From: Oceanispirochaeta sp.
GTDB taxonomy: Bacteria; Spirochaetota; Spirochaetia; DSM-2461
DNA length: 64,000 nt
NCBI GenBank assembly: GCA_963663385.2
Contig: CAXXXD010000003.1
Span: 224,001-288,000, forward strand
Reading direction: 5' to 3'
Shown: positions 20,872-31,155 of the stretch, in pieces
Numbering within the stretch: the first letter of the stretch is position 1
Layout of the letters: the number at the start of each line of letters is the position of its first letter
Notes under the pieces: generated by a model
Databases searched by the model: none
Told to the model about the DNA's origin: nothing
Seen by the model: the letters and a program-made list of their open reading frames with translations, nothing else
Translations under genes and position numbers: made by a program

Positions 20872-21522
20872 ATGATCAGACAGCACTTTGTAGATGACCT
20901 GGCCGAATTGAACAGAGCCATAATGAAAATGGGCCTTAAAGTGGAAGAGGCTATAACCCAATCCGTTGAAGCGTTAAAAAACAAAGATACGGATTTAGCC
21001 CGGAAAATTATTGAAGAAGATAGTATTATAGACGATATGGAGAAATCTCTGTGTGATCAGTGCGCCCTTATCATAGCAAGGGAACAGCCTGTCGCAGGAG
21101 ACCTGAGGCACCTGATAAGCGGAATCAAGATTATTACCGACCTTGAGAGAATCGGAGACCATGCTGTTCATATTGCCAAGGGTACCATTAATAATGCCGG
21201 AGAAGAGTATATCAAGCCTCTTATTGACATCCCCCGGATGGGAACTTTGAGCTGCAGTATGCTGTCCCGGGCTATCACCGCGTTTGTTGAGCAGGACGCT
21301 GATATTGCCGTTGCCATCGCAAAAGAGGATGAGGAGATTGATAATCTTCACAAACAGATTGTACGGGAACTGCTGACATACATGATGCAGGATCCAGGGA
21401 AAATCGAAGGGGGAATGTCCCTGATGTATATGAGCCGTTTCCTCGAAAGAACCGGTGATCATGTCAGGAACATCTGTGAATGGGTTGTATTCGATGAAAC
21501 CGGAGAACACGAAAACCTGTAA
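20872..21522 (+). CDS. phoU: Phosphate signalling complex protein PhoU
   Basis: QPVAGDLR, DLERIGDHA, LERTGDH. Confidence 0.96.
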   Translation: MIRQHFVDDLAELNRAIMKMGLKVEEAITQSVEALKNKDTDLARKIIEEDSIIDDMEKSLCDQCALIIAREQPVAGDLRHLISGIKIITDLERIGDHAVHIAKGTINNAGEEYIKPLIDIPRMGTLSCSMLSRAITAFVEQDADIAVAIAKEDEEIDNLHKQIVRELLTYMMQDPGKIEGGMSLMYMSRFLERTGDHVRNICEWVVFDETGEHENL

Positions 21523-21531
21523 GGACTGAAT

Positions 21532-22218
21532 ATGGCTAAATTACTGATTGTTGAAGATGAAGCTGATATTAGAGAACTAATCTCTTTTAACCTGGAAATG
21601 AGCGGGTATGAAGTGCTGAAAGCCCGGGACGGAGAAGAAGGACTGGCCATGGCCCGTTCAGAAATGCCCGATCTGATTATACTTGACCTGATGCTCCCCG
21701 GAATGGACGGTATCAAAGTCTGTTCCCATCTGAAAAAGGACCCTGAGGCGAAGAATATTCCCATCATAATGCTCACGGCCCGCTCGGAAGATGATGATAT
21801 TGTGAATGGGCTGGAAACCGGAGCGGATGATTATATAACCAAACCCTTCAGTCCCCGTATACTGATCGCCCGGGTAAAGGCCGCTCTCAGAAGGGTTAAG
21901 ACCGAATCCGGTGAAAAAACCTCCAGCAGGATAACCATTCATGATCTTGTGATTGATGTAGCCAGGCATGAGACCCTTCTGGAGGGAGAGCCTTTGAACC
22001 TTTCGGCCACAGAGTTCTCAATCCTGCGTTTCCTGGCGGAGAATCCCGGCTGGGTATTCTCACGGAATCAGATTATTGACTCCGTAAAAGGGGAGGACTA
22101 CCCCGTTACCGCCCGTTCTGTGGATGTTCAGATACTCGGCATACGGAAAAAGCTGGGGAATCAGGGGAATATTATCGAAACTGTGCGGGGAATCGGTTAC
22201 AGAATGAAAGGAGAGTAG
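21532..22218 (+). CDS. phoB: OmpR/PhoB family response regulator
   Basis: VEDE, LDLMLPGMDG, KPFS, ETVRGIGY; pst context. Confidence 0.88.
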   Translation: MAKLLIVEDEADIRELISFNLEMSGYEVLKARDGEEGLAMARSEMPDLIILDLMLPGMDGIKVCSHLKKDPEAKNIPIIMLTARSEDDDIVNGLETGADDYITKPFSPRILIARVKAALRRVKTESGEKTSSRITIHDLVIDVARHETLLEGEPLNLSATEFSILRFLAENPGWVFSRNQIIDSVKGEDYPVTARSVDVQILGIRKKLGNQGNIIETVRGIGYRMKGE

Positions 22219-22219
22219 A

Positions 22220-23980
22220 GTGAACCGTACATTTTTTCAGCAGCTCTTTTACACCATATTTTTACTGATGCTGCTTTCGGTCGTTCTGTATATAGCTTTG
22301 ACTGTAGGAATCGTTAAACAGGCTCTGAACCGGGAAACCCGGCAGCGGCAGATGGATATGACCTGTGCAGTGGCCAATATGGTGCCGGATGAAGGTTTTT
22401 TCAGTGATGAAGAAGCCCTGATTTTCAGTAACAGGATCGTATCCGATACGATTTCCCGTTTAACCCTGATTGACAGGAACGGAAGGGTTGTGGCGGATAC
22501 CTCCAAAGATAAGGACCTGCTCAGCGATCATTCGGACAGACCCGAGATCAGGCAGGCCTGGTTCCGCGGGACAGGAATGGCAACCCGTTTCAGCACAAGC
22601 GTATCCAAAATGATGCTTTACACGGCTGTTTACCGGGAGGATCTGGAGCTTGTAATCCGTCTGTCCCAGTCCGTGGAGGAAGTCCGTCAGGACCTGGATC
22701 GCATCTACATCCAGATCCTTGTAATTTTCCTTGTTATTCTGTGCCTCGGTACTGTCCTATCAGTGTTGATAGCCCGCAAGATGTCCGGTAATCTGACCGC
22801 GGTCCGGGAAGTTGCCGTTGAGTATGCCAAGGGGAATTTTGAAACTGAGCTGGATCTGTCCGGATCCCGCGAGGCTGTCATCCTCAGCCGTTCTGTCAAT
22901 GCCATGGGCAGGCAGCTTCAGGATAAGATCAGTACTGTCACCTATCAGAAGAATGAACTGCAGGGTATGCTCAACAGCATGCGGGAACCTGTTATCCTCC
23001 TGAATCACCGTCTTGAGGTCAGGGAGATGAACCCTGCAGCGATAAAGATGCTTATCCGTGATGACAGTACTCCCTTTATAGGCAAAGGGATTCTGCAGAT
23101 TATGCGGAGCGTCGAAGTGTGCGACCTGGCGGAACTGACCCTGAAGTCAGAAGAAGACCAGGAAGATCTTATCCGTTTTAAAGAGATGGATCTGTACCTT
23201 CAGGTGTACGGTAACTATCTCTTTCGTGACGAGGATACCCCTCCTTCAGTTTTACTGGTTATGAATGATATAACAAGGATCAAGAAACTGGAGGAGATGC
23301 GGAAGGATTTTGTGGCTAATGTTTCCCATGAGCTCAGAACGCCCGTTACCTCAATTATGGGGTATGTGGAAACCCTTAAGGCCGGTGCCCTGGATCATCG
23401 GGAGAAGGCGGAAGAGTTTGTGGATATTATTCTGCGTCAGACACGTAATCTGAATGCCCTTATTGCAGATCTGTTGACATTGTCCCGGATTGAAGACGGA
23501 AGAAGCCGTTTTAAAATGGAAGTGTTTCCCCTTGGGGATCTGCTGTCCAGTGCCATATCTGTCTGCCTGCATAAAGCGGAAAAGAAGGGAAGCTGTGTCG
23601 ATCTTTTCTGTGACAACGATGCCATGATCAAGGCTCATCCGGTCCTTCTGGAGCAGGCCGTGACGAACCTGATCGAAAATGCCGTAAAGTACTCGCCCGA
23701 AGGAGCCCGGATTTCCGTCAGAGGAATTCAGGAAGAGGACACTCTGCAGATCATAGTCCAGGATAATGGACCCGGGATCCCTCCCAAAGATCAGGAACGT
23801 ATCTTTGAGCGTTTCTATCGGGTAGACAAAGCCCGCAGCCGTGACATGGGGGGCACAGGACTGGGGCTGGCTATTGTTAAACACATAGCGCTAATCCATA
23901 ACGGTGCTGTTACGGTTCACAGCCGGGAAGGACAGGGGTGTGAGTTTACAATAATCCTTCCGGCCATGGCATCGGTTTAA
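22220..23980 (+). CDS. phoR: Sensor histidine kinase, PhoR-like (HAMP, PAS, HisKA, HATPase)
   Basis: FVANVSHELRTP, NAVKYS, FERFYRVDKARSR, GGTGLGLAIVKH. Confidence 0.88.
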   Translation: MNRTFFQQLFYTIFLLMLLSVVLYIALTVGIVKQALNRETRQRQMDMTCAVANMVPDEGFFSDEEALIFSNRIVSDTISRLTLIDRNGRVVADTSKDKDLLSDHSDRPEIRQAWFRGTGMATRFSTSVSKMMLYTAVYREDLELVIRLSQSVEEVRQDLDRIYIQILVIFLVILCLGTVLSVLIARKMSGNLTAVREVAVEYAKGNFETELDLSGSREAVILSRSVNAMGRQLQDKISTVTYQKNELQGMLNSMREPVILLNHRLEVREMNPAAIKMLIRDDSTPFIGKGILQIMRSVEVCDLAELTLKSEEDQEDLIRFKEMDLYLQVYGNYLFRDEDTPPSVLLVMNDITRIKKLEEMRKDFVANVSHELRTPVTSIMGYVETLKAGALDHREKAEEFVDIILRQTRNLNALIADLLTLSRIEDGRSRFKMEVFPLGDLLSSAISVCLHKAEKKGSCVDLFCDNDAMIKAHPVLLEQAVTNLIENAVKYSPEGARISVRGIQEEDTLQIIVQDNGPGIPPKDQERIFERFYRVDKARSRDMGGTGLGLAIVKHIALIHNGAVTVHSREGQGCEFTIILPAMASV

Positions 23981-24000
23981 ACCGGATTGTTCAATGAATA

Positions 24001-25044
24001 TCAAGCCTGTTTCGTTGAGAATCTGTAGACGCTGGTATGGGTGTAAACCTGACCCGGATTGATTACCGGCGAGGGAAAGTGGGGCTGATTCATACAGTCC
24101 GGAAAGAGCTGGGTTTCCAGACAGAAACCCCAGTTCTTAATGTACTTGACATTTTCCCTGCCCTGAACCCCGTCCAGAAAGTTCCCTGTATAAAACTGTA
24201 CCCCCGGCTGGTCGGTTTCCACTTCCATAACCCGGCCCGATACGGGTTCTTCCACGCGGGCAAAGAGGCGGAGCCCCTGAGCCGGAGTAAGAACATAACA
24301 GTGATCGTACCCGCCCCGGACTTCTTCTATCCTGCTGCCTATTCTCTGCCGTTTCGTAAAGTCCATCGGGGTTTCTTTTACAGACAGGATCTCTCCTGTG
24401 GGAATCTGGCTTTCATCGACCGGGAGGAACCAGGGACAGTCCATCTGTATCATATGATCAAGGATTGAGGCGTTTTTAACCCCGGCCAGGTTGAAGTAGG
24501 TATGGTTTGTCAGATTGACAGGTGTCGGTTTATCCGTTACGGCTTTATAGTCAAATTTCAGTTCGTTTTTATCTGTTACCGTATAGATCATGGTGACATT
24601 CAGGTTCCCCGGGTACCCCTCTTCTCCATCGGGGCTGAAAGCAGTCAGAACCAGGCCGGCTTCCCTGTCTGACTGAAAGGGGGTTACCATCCAGTTTTTA
24701 CGGTCAAAAGCCATTTCCTCTCCCCCGTGCAGATGATTGGGACCGTTATTAATAGCCAGGGTATATTTTTTGCCGTCCAGCTGAAACTGTCCTCCCTCAA
24801 TCCTGTTTCCGAAACGCCCGATAGCCGCACCGAAGTAGTAGCGGGAATGAACATACTCTTCGAGTGTTTCAAATCCCAGGGTTATCTCTTCGGATTTTCC
24901 GTTCCGGTCCGGTGCCTTTATGGATGTTACAATCCCCCCGAAACTGCTTGCCTGTACAGTAAAACCCTTATCTCCTTCTATTGTATAAAGATCTGCTGCT
25001 GTTCCGTTGGGAAGTGTTCCGTAATTCTCTTTACTTACCTTCAT
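24001..25044 (-). CDS. galM: Aldose 1-epimerase (mutarotase)
   Basis: GRFGNRI, HLHGG, NLTNHTYFNL, GYDHC, FCLETQ. Confidence 0.93.
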   Translation of the reverse strand: MKVSKENYGTLPNGTAADLYTIEGDKGFTVQASSFGGIVTSIKAPDRNGKSEEITLGFETLEEYVHSRYYFGAAIGRFGNRIEGGQFQLDGKKYTLAINNGPNHLHGGEEMAFDRKNWMVTPFQSDREAGLVLTAFSPDGEEGYPGNLNVTMIYTVTDKNELKFDYKAVTDKPTPVNLTNHTYFNLAGVKNASILDHMIQMDCPWFLPVDESQIPTGEILSVKETPMDFTKRQRIGSRIEEVRGGYDHCYVLTPAQGLRLFARVEEPVSGRVMEVETDQPGVQFYTGNFLDGVQGRENVKYIKNWGFCLETQLFPDCMNQPHFPSPVINPGQVYTHTSVYRFSTKQA

Positions 25045-25142
25045 TCTATCCTCCGACCTTTTCAAACTGAATCTCGATTAAAAAAATCCAGCCCGGAAGC
25101 TGGATCTTAATTTTAATCAATAAGTATTTTTTAGAACAGGGT

Positions 25143-25790
25143 CTAGGCGGTGCAAACCTCAAGGGCCCTGTCGGCTGCTGTCGCGGCATCAGGAGTATAA
25201 ATATCGGCTCCAATGGATTCACAGAAAGACTGGGTTACAGGGGCTCCGCCGATCATGATTGTTACTTTATCCCGGATTCCCGCATCCTGTGCTGCCTTAA
25301 CAACGTTTTCCATCTGAGTCATGGTTGTTGTCAGAAGAGCGGATACGGCAATGATGTTGGCATTATGCTCTTTGGCTGTTTCCACATACTTCTCGGGGGA
25401 TACGTCGGTACCCAGGTCGATAACTTCCAGCCCCTTTCCTTCCAGCATGATTTTTACCAGATTTTTACCGATATCGTGGAGGTCTCCTTTAACTGTGCCA
25501 ATTACAGCTGTACCTTTTCCTTCTGTACCCTCTGATTCCAGATGGGGTTTGAGAATCTCCAGACCGGCATTCATGGCACGGGCGGCAATCAGTACTTCCG
25601 GTACAAACACCTGATTGTTCTTGAATTTTTCTCCTACAATACTCATGGCGGCCAGCAGGGCATTGTCCAGTATGTTCTGTGCTTCGGCTCCCTTGTCGGA
25701 TGCGGCATCCACACTGGTTTGACACAGTTCTTTTACATCTGCTGCTTTACCCTTCTGCATCATTTCAGAAATTTTTTCCAGATCTGCCAT
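25143..25790 (-). CDS. Stand-alone methyltransferase corrinoid protein (MtaC/MtbC-like)
   Basis: Helical cap FVPEVLIAARAM; GDLHDIGKNLV (DxHxxG), SALLTTT, IGGAP; start at MADLEK after AAGGAG. Confidence 0.93.
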   Translation of the reverse strand: MADLEKISEMMQKGKAADVKELCQTSVDAASDKGAEAQNILDNALLAAMSIVGEKFKNNQVFVPEVLIAARAMNAGLEILKPHLESEGTEGKGTAVIGTVKGDLHDIGKNLVKIMLEGKGLEVIDLGTDVSPEKYVETAKEHNANIIAVSALLTTTMTQMENVVKAAQDAGIRDKVTIMIGGAPVTQSFCESIGADIYTPDAATAADRALEVCTA

Positions 25791-25880
25791 TTTTGTCTCC
25801 TTAAGTTTAAATCGTAATAGTTGCTGTATTACATTCGACTTAATCCTCGAAGTGCGAAATGCGATCCACCTGACAGTGGG

Positions 25881-26023
25881 GTTCAAGACGAGTATCCTGA
25901 CTTGCAGATCATTCTTGCCTGAGCCTTCCCGATGGTTTAGTATCAGTGGCATTTTCAGGTTTGTCCCTGCTCACAGTGACGGGTTCGTGGAGGAGTTTCA
26001 CCTCGCTTCCTCGCTTGTTGAAC
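25881..26023 (-). ncRNA. Cobalamin riboswitch
   Basis: Minus strand: GAGGAAGCGAGGTGAAACTCCTCCACGAACCCGTCACTGTGA...GCCACTG...CGGGAAGGC...AAGTCAGGATACTCGTC; closing helix GTTCAA..CGAG/CTCG..TTGAAC. Confidence 0.85.
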
Positions 26024-26160
26024 TGATAACAGTATCCCTCTGAAAATACCGGGTCGTATTGGAAAATCTTGTTTTATTATGTAAAAATAAGACCAATTTC
26101 AGGGGGAAAATACTAGTTTTTTTCTCATAAATACAGATTGTAACAGATCAGGCAGGATAA

Positions 26161-27474
26161 TCAGCTATGGATTTCAGAGTTCTCCCGGTCAATCCGGCCC
26201 CTTTTTTCCCTGTATTTTCCAGGGGAAAGTCCGGCAATTTTCTTGAATACCTTTGTAAAATAGCTCTGATCTTCATAACCGACCATACCCGCAATTTCAA
26301 CCAGAGAGAATTTGCTGTTTAACAGGAGGTTTTTGCTTTTCTCAATCCGAACCTGATTCAGGTAGGTATTGAAGTTGCATTTCATCTCCTCTTTAAAAAT
26401 TTTACTGAAGTAAGCGGGACTCAGGTAAACCGATGATGCCACTTCATCCAGAGAGACTTTTTCGGCGAAATTCCTGTTGATATACTGAATGGCCTGGAAG
26501 ATGGCATCCGCGTGTTTGACATCCCTTAAATCAAATACAAGGTCGGCAAAGCGGACAATCACTTTTGCCAGCCAGCCGGCAATCCCCTCGATGGATGTGT
26601 AATAATTAATCTCTTTAAGGTAGTTGAAGTTCATACCGAATATCTGTTCCGCATCGGCTCCGCCTTCAACAGCTGCCCTGGAAAGCAGGACAAGGAGTTC
26701 CAGAACCCGGGCTTTGACAACATCAAAATTCCCGCCGGAGGAGAAGAAAATAACTCCGAGAATTTCGTTCAGGATCCGTCTGGCATTCTGGGAATCACCA
26801 ATCTGAATCAGGTGAAGCAGTTCCCTTTCTTTTTCTACAGGGTACTGGGATATTTCAATCTCCGAATGTTCCATCCGTTTAATGTATTGGATATACTCGG
26901 ATATCTGGGCCTGCTGATCCATGGTATCTTTTTTGGAAACCAGTTCGGAGGTCTGCCCCTCCGTCAGATAGCTGGCGGATATAAGGAGCATTTCGGAGAG
27001 GGCCTTGGCCCTTTCCGTGGTAAGTGTCGGTATTCGGGACAGTTCCCGCCGGAAATCCTCTGAATCCGGCAGATCACGGCCGTATTTCATTCTGAGTTCA
27101 TCAACCAGTTCATCCGGCTCTATTATAAGGGCGGGACCGGCCACCAGGGCTCCGGACATCAGCCCCTCTTCCATCAGGGGCGAAGACCAGTGAAGCAGGG
27201 ATACCGGGCAGAAATACATATAGCTGCCCCCGAATCTTTCGGACTGATACCCGCCGTAAAGGTGTGACTGGCGGCAGTTCAGGCGGGTGCCGGTAATCTC
27301 TACCATACGGCTGCAGACAGGACAGAAGGAGTCAATGACACCCTCTCTGGAAAGGCGGTTTCCCTTGTTATTTATAACAAAACATTCTATCCCTGTTGCC
27401 CGGGTGTAGGTTTCAGCCATCTCTATGGCCTTTTCAAAAAAGGGAGAAATATAATCTCTTGCTTTGTTACTCAT
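26161..27474 (-). CDS. PocR-sensor AraC family regulator
   Basis: Cys-containing PocR-like N-terminus (FCPVC...YFCP); C-terminal AraC YLSPAYFSKIFK...GYEDQSYFTKVFKK. Confidence 0.88.
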   Translation of the reverse strand: MSNKARDYISPFFEKAIEMAETYTRATGIECFVINNKGNRLSREGVIDSFCPVCSRMVEITGTRLNCRQSHLYGGYQSERFGGSYMYFCPVSLLHWSSPLMEEGLMSGALVAGPALIIEPDELVDELRMKYGRDLPDSEDFRRELSRIPTLTTERAKALSEMLLISASYLTEGQTSELVSKKDTMDQQAQISEYIQYIKRMEHSEIEISQYPVEKERELLHLIQIGDSQNARRILNEILGVIFFSSGGNFDVVKARVLELLVLLSRAAVEGGADAEQIFGMNFNYLKEINYYTSIEGIAGWLAKVIVRFADLVFDLRDVKHADAIFQAIQYINRNFAEKVSLDEVASSVYLSPAYFSKIFKEEMKCNFNTYLNQVRIEKSKNLLLNSKFSLVEIAGMVGYEDQSYFTKVFKKIAGLSPGKYREKRGRIDRENSEIHS

Positions 27475-27478
27475 TAGT

Positions 27479-29320
27479 TCATTTTATACATAAAAGGGAT
27501 TCTGGAAAATACATATTCATAATATATTCGTCCTGGAAACCCTTGTGAGAGGATAATTCCAGGTATTCCGCGGTATTCTGGATCTCTTCACAATGTTTCA
27601 GGTCATCCCTGTTCAGCGCCGTGCAGATAACTCCGGAACCGCAGGAGTTCCCCACGGTCACAATCCTGTCTTTCAACTCTTCAGGGAGCAGCCCGATTTC
27701 AAGAGCGCTTTTCTTATTGATGAAGGATCCGAACCCGCCTGCAAGGAAAACATGTTTGATTTCATCCATGGAGTGGCCTGATTCCTTGATAAGGGTTTGT
27801 ATCCCCGCTGCAATGGAGCCTTTGGCCAGCTGCACTTCCCTCAGGTCCTTCTGACTGAAAAAGACTTCCTTATTATCCCTTGTTATTATAAAGCGGCTGT
27901 TATTCTCATCGGATTCAAGGAAACCCAGATTCTCCGGAGGAGTATCTCCCCAGTCCGATTCATCCTGAAACCGGCCTGTATAGTCGGCGATTCCTGTTCT
28001 GAGAAGATAGGCTGTCATATCGATGATACCGGATCCGCAGATGCCCGTTGCAGGCTGGTCCTGAATAGTCTCCCATTCCAGAACCCCGTCTTCTCCGCAG
28101 ACTTTGCTGATAGCCCCGGGGATGCCTCCGGTTCCGCACTGTATATTCGCTCCCTCGAAAGCCGGACCGGCTGCGGTAGAGCAGGTAAGGATACGGTCCC
28201 TGTTGCCGAGGGCTATCTCTCCATTGGTTCCGATATCCACCAGAAGAGATATATCGTCGGATACGCTCATGCCGGTTGAAAGTATACCGGCAACAATATC
28301 GGCGCCGATATAGGCCGACAGGGAGGGCAGCAGGATAAAACGGATCTGCCGGGGCAGCCGGGAACCCAGCTCTCCGGGAGTCAGTATCATTTTCTCTGTT
28401 GAAGCCGGGATAAAGGGTGCCACGGCCAGGTGCCGGGGATTCAGACCGCTGAAAATATGCATCATTGTGGTATTCCCCGCCAGAAAAATCCCCTGTATAT
28501 CATTTTCTTCCAGGTCCGCATCCATCAGGGCGTCCGTATAGAGTGTTTCTATCTGTTTGAGGATCCGGTCCTGCAGTTTTTTCAGTTTTTCAGGATCTTC
28601 ACCGATATAATCGATCCGGGAAATAACGTCTCCGCCAAAACTCTTCTGTCTGTTCAATCCGGATTCTGTAGCGGCAACTTCTCCTGTTTTTAAATTCAGC
28701 AAATAGGCAACAACCGTTGTTGTCCCTATATCTACAGCCAGGGCATATTGCTTTTCCGATGTATCTCCGGATTCCAGGGCTGTTATTTCACTGCCGCAGA
28801 GGGTTGCCGTAATCAGCTCACTTTCTCTGATTACAAAGGGCAGCTGTTTTCTGATACTATGATCTTGTATACGGGATCCTTCCGGGAGCTTTTCAAGAAG
28901 CCTCTGTTCATCCGGTCTCTGATCTTCCAGAGTCGGTTCTTCAGTCTGAAGGCATACTTTTTTTATAAGAGGATCGACGGGACCCTGATAAGCCCTGCCT
29001 TCGGTCTGAATATTCCCGGATTCCAGAGTGTTGATAAAGGCCAGTTCCACCGGTCCCATCGCTCTTGCCTGACAGGCCAGACGAACTCCCCTGCTGATTT
29101 CATTTTCATCCAGGAGTTTCTTCTCTTCCGGGGTGAGGGGAGAAATGTCTCCTCCTATGATTTTTATCCGGCACTTGCCGCAGGTCCCCTTTCCGCCGCA
29201 GGGCGCATCCAGGGTGATCTCCGGAATATGATTAAGCGCCTCTAGCAAATTCATATCTTTCCGAATCGTTTCATTGATAATACGGCTTCCATCATGTAAA
29301 GTTAAATGTACGGTTTCCAT
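27479..29320 (-). CDS. RACo-type ATP-dependent reductive activator of corrinoid proteins (2Fe-2S + ASKHA/DUF4445)
   Basis: CGGKGTCGKC...C ferredoxin; DIGTT, DIGTNGE, AGPAFEG, GICGSG, LAGGFG. Confidence 0.92.
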   Translation of the reverse strand: METVHLTLHDGSRIINETIRKDMNLLEALNHIPEITLDAPCGGKGTCGKCRIKIIGGDISPLTPEEKKLLDENEISRGVRLACQARAMGPVELAFINTLESGNIQTEGRAYQGPVDPLIKKVCLQTEEPTLEDQRPDEQRLLEKLPEGSRIQDHSIRKQLPFVIRESELITATLCGSEITALESGDTSEKQYALAVDIGTTTVVAYLLNLKTGEVAATESGLNRQKSFGGDVISRIDYIGEDPEKLKKLQDRILKQIETLYTDALMDADLEENDIQGIFLAGNTTMMHIFSGLNPRHLAVAPFIPASTEKMILTPGELGSRLPRQIRFILLPSLSAYIGADIVAGILSTGMSVSDDISLLVDIGTNGEIALGNRDRILTCSTAAGPAFEGANIQCGTGGIPGAISKVCGEDGVLEWETIQDQPATGICGSGIIDMTAYLLRTGIADYTGRFQDESDWGDTPPENLGFLESDENNSRFIITRDNKEVFFSQKDLREVQLAKGSIAAGIQTLIKESGHSMDEIKHVFLAGGFGSFINKKSALEIGLLPEELKDRIVTVGNSCGSGVICTALNRDDLKHCEEIQNTAEYLELSSHKGFQDEYIMNMYFPESLLCIK

Positions 29321-29432
29321 TTGCCGGGCTCCTATATTATGGTTTTTACTATATTAGAAAGTTAAACCTCACTGTAAGGGAAATCTTGTACAATTCTATA
29401 ATATTTTTGTATTTTTCTGTGACGGAGTTAAA

Positions 29433-30623
29433 ATGAAAAAGACAGCTCTTCTTACACTCTTCTTCCTTCTGCCTATGCTGTTGACAGCCACACCTCAGGA
29501 GGATTTTATGACAGCTCTGAGGGAATCCCGTCTGGCTGATGCGGGAGTGTATCTCCGAAACGGCGGCAATATTAATGAAGCCATAGAGAACGGTCGTACG
29601 GCTCTTCAGATAATGTGCGGCGAACAGCGCAGTTCTGTGGTCCGCTGGATTCTGGATCAGGGAGCCGATCCCGATCTGGTGGGATCTGACGGGAGGACGC
29701 CCCTTATGCAGGCTGCCCTCATCGGCAGCAGGGATATTGCGCAGATCCTTATTTTGAGGGGAGCAGAAATTAACTGGCAGGATTCCTTCGGGAATACCCC
29801 TCTTCAGATAGCTGTCAATTCGGGGCATTGGGAGCTTGCTTCCTACCTGGAAGACAAAGGCGGCCGTATCCTGGAAGGGTATTTTGAACACCCTGTCCTG
29901 AGTGAGATCTGGACGAGGAGGCAGCATTATAAAGAGGCACTCAGGCTTCCTGAAAAACGCTGGGAAGGCTATGCCTTTTTGTATGAGGTGCTGCAGGGGA
30001 ACTACAGGACGGTTAAATCCCTGCTTGATGGCGGGGTATCTCCGGATACCGCCGATACGGAAGGTGTTTCCGCCCTGATGATGGCTGCGTCGCTGCCGGA
30101 TCATTACCTTTCTGACCTGCTCCTGAACAGGGGAGCGGATTATAAACGCCGTGATTCCATGGGACTGGATTGTCTGTGGTATGCGTCCTTTGAGGGCAGG
30201 GCGGATCTGGTTGAGCGGTTGATTGAGTCTGGAGTATCCCTTCAGGGGAATTTTCTGGAAAACTCGCCGCTCTTTGCCGCTTTTGCAGGGGGACGGCATA
30301 AGGTTATGGAGACCCTTCTGAAAGCCGGGGCGGACCCGCGGCAGAGCGGGAGGCTCGGGGCCTGTCTGGTTCACTATGCCGCCTTTACGGGAGATATGAG
30401 AACCCTCCGTATTCTGGATGAGCACGGGGCGGATCCGGATTCATCCGACGGGGATGGGAAAAAAGCCCTGGATTACCTTGTCCTGGGATTTAATTTAAGC
30501 GAAAACGAAGGGCTTTACCTTGAGCCGGCCCGGTTTCTCAAGGAGAAAAAAGTCGGATATACCATTGACCCTTATATAAGCGGAAATGATAAACTCTCTA
30601 AAATAATAGCATCCAACTGGTAA
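29433..30623 (+). CDS. Secreted ankyrin-repeat protein
   Basis: Signal peptide; repeats GRTPLMQAA, GNTPLQIAV, LLxxGADxD. Confidence 0.88.
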   Translation: MKKTALLTLFFLLPMLLTATPQEDFMTALRESRLADAGVYLRNGGNINEAIENGRTALQIMCGEQRSSVVRWILDQGADPDLVGSDGRTPLMQAALIGSRDIAQILILRGAEINWQDSFGNTPLQIAVNSGHWELASYLEDKGGRILEGYFEHPVLSEIWTRRQHYKEALRLPEKRWEGYAFLYEVLQGNYRTVKSLLDGGVSPDTADTEGVSALMMAASLPDHYLSDLLLNRGADYKRRDSMGLDCLWYASFEGRADLVERLIESGVSLQGNFLENSPLFAAFAGGRHKVMETLLKAGADPRQSGRLGACLVHYAAFTGDMRTLRILDEHGADPDSSDGDGKKALDYLVLGFNLSENEGLYLEPARFLKEKKVGYTIDPYISGNDKLSKIIASNW

Positions 30624-30654
30624 TACTGTTCGAAAGCTTTTATGGGAGGATTTA

Positions 30655-31134
30655 ATGATCGATTTTATAGCAGATAATTTTTACTATGTTTTTCTGGCAT
30701 GGATTGTACTGAGCCTTATGCAGCGGCGGCATCGCGGCAGAGGGGATAAGAAAAGAACTGCGACACTTATTCAGAGTGTTATGATTTTTATTGTCTACAT
30801 AGGCGCCATGGTCATCCGGGAAGAGGGACTGGAGGAGAAGTGGATTGTGATTCCCCTTGCCATTGTGGCGGGTATCCTCTATTTTTTCCGTTCCAAAGTG
30901 CTGCCCTATGAACGCAGATGCCGTAACTGCGGTGCCAAACTTAATATGAATCAGATTTTTATGTTTGATGCCAACCTTTGCGCCGATTGTGATCCTGATG
31001 AAAAAGGGGAGGATCCCCAAACTGCCCCGGGAGAAGCTGAGGATACAGACGAGGATAGCTCAGACGAAACAGGGGAATCCGATTTGAATCTCCCGGAGGG
31101 GGATGTTAGAATTGAAGAGGAATCTGACAAGTAA
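30655..31134 (+). CDS. Hypothetical membrane protein with CxxC...CxxC and acidic tail
   Basis: Three TM segments, CRNC/CADC; RBS GGAGG. Confidence 0.7.
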   Translation: MIDFIADNFYYVFLAWIVLSLMQRRHRGRGDKKRTATLIQSVMIFIVYIGAMVIREEGLEEKWIVIPLAIVAGILYFFRSKVLPYERRCRNCGAKLNMNQIFMFDANLCADCDPDEKGEDPQTAPGEAEDTDEDSSDETGESDLNLPEGDVRIEEESDK

Positions 31135-31155
31135 CTGAATGAACAGGAGGGAGCT

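Noticed and set aside
25791..25952. 54-aa N-terminal extension of the corrinoid protein in the ORF track
   Set aside because: Overlaps the riboswitch; RBS and domain start support ATG at 25790
29349..30425. 358-aa minus-strand ORF
   Set aside because: Antisense shadow of the ankyrin gene
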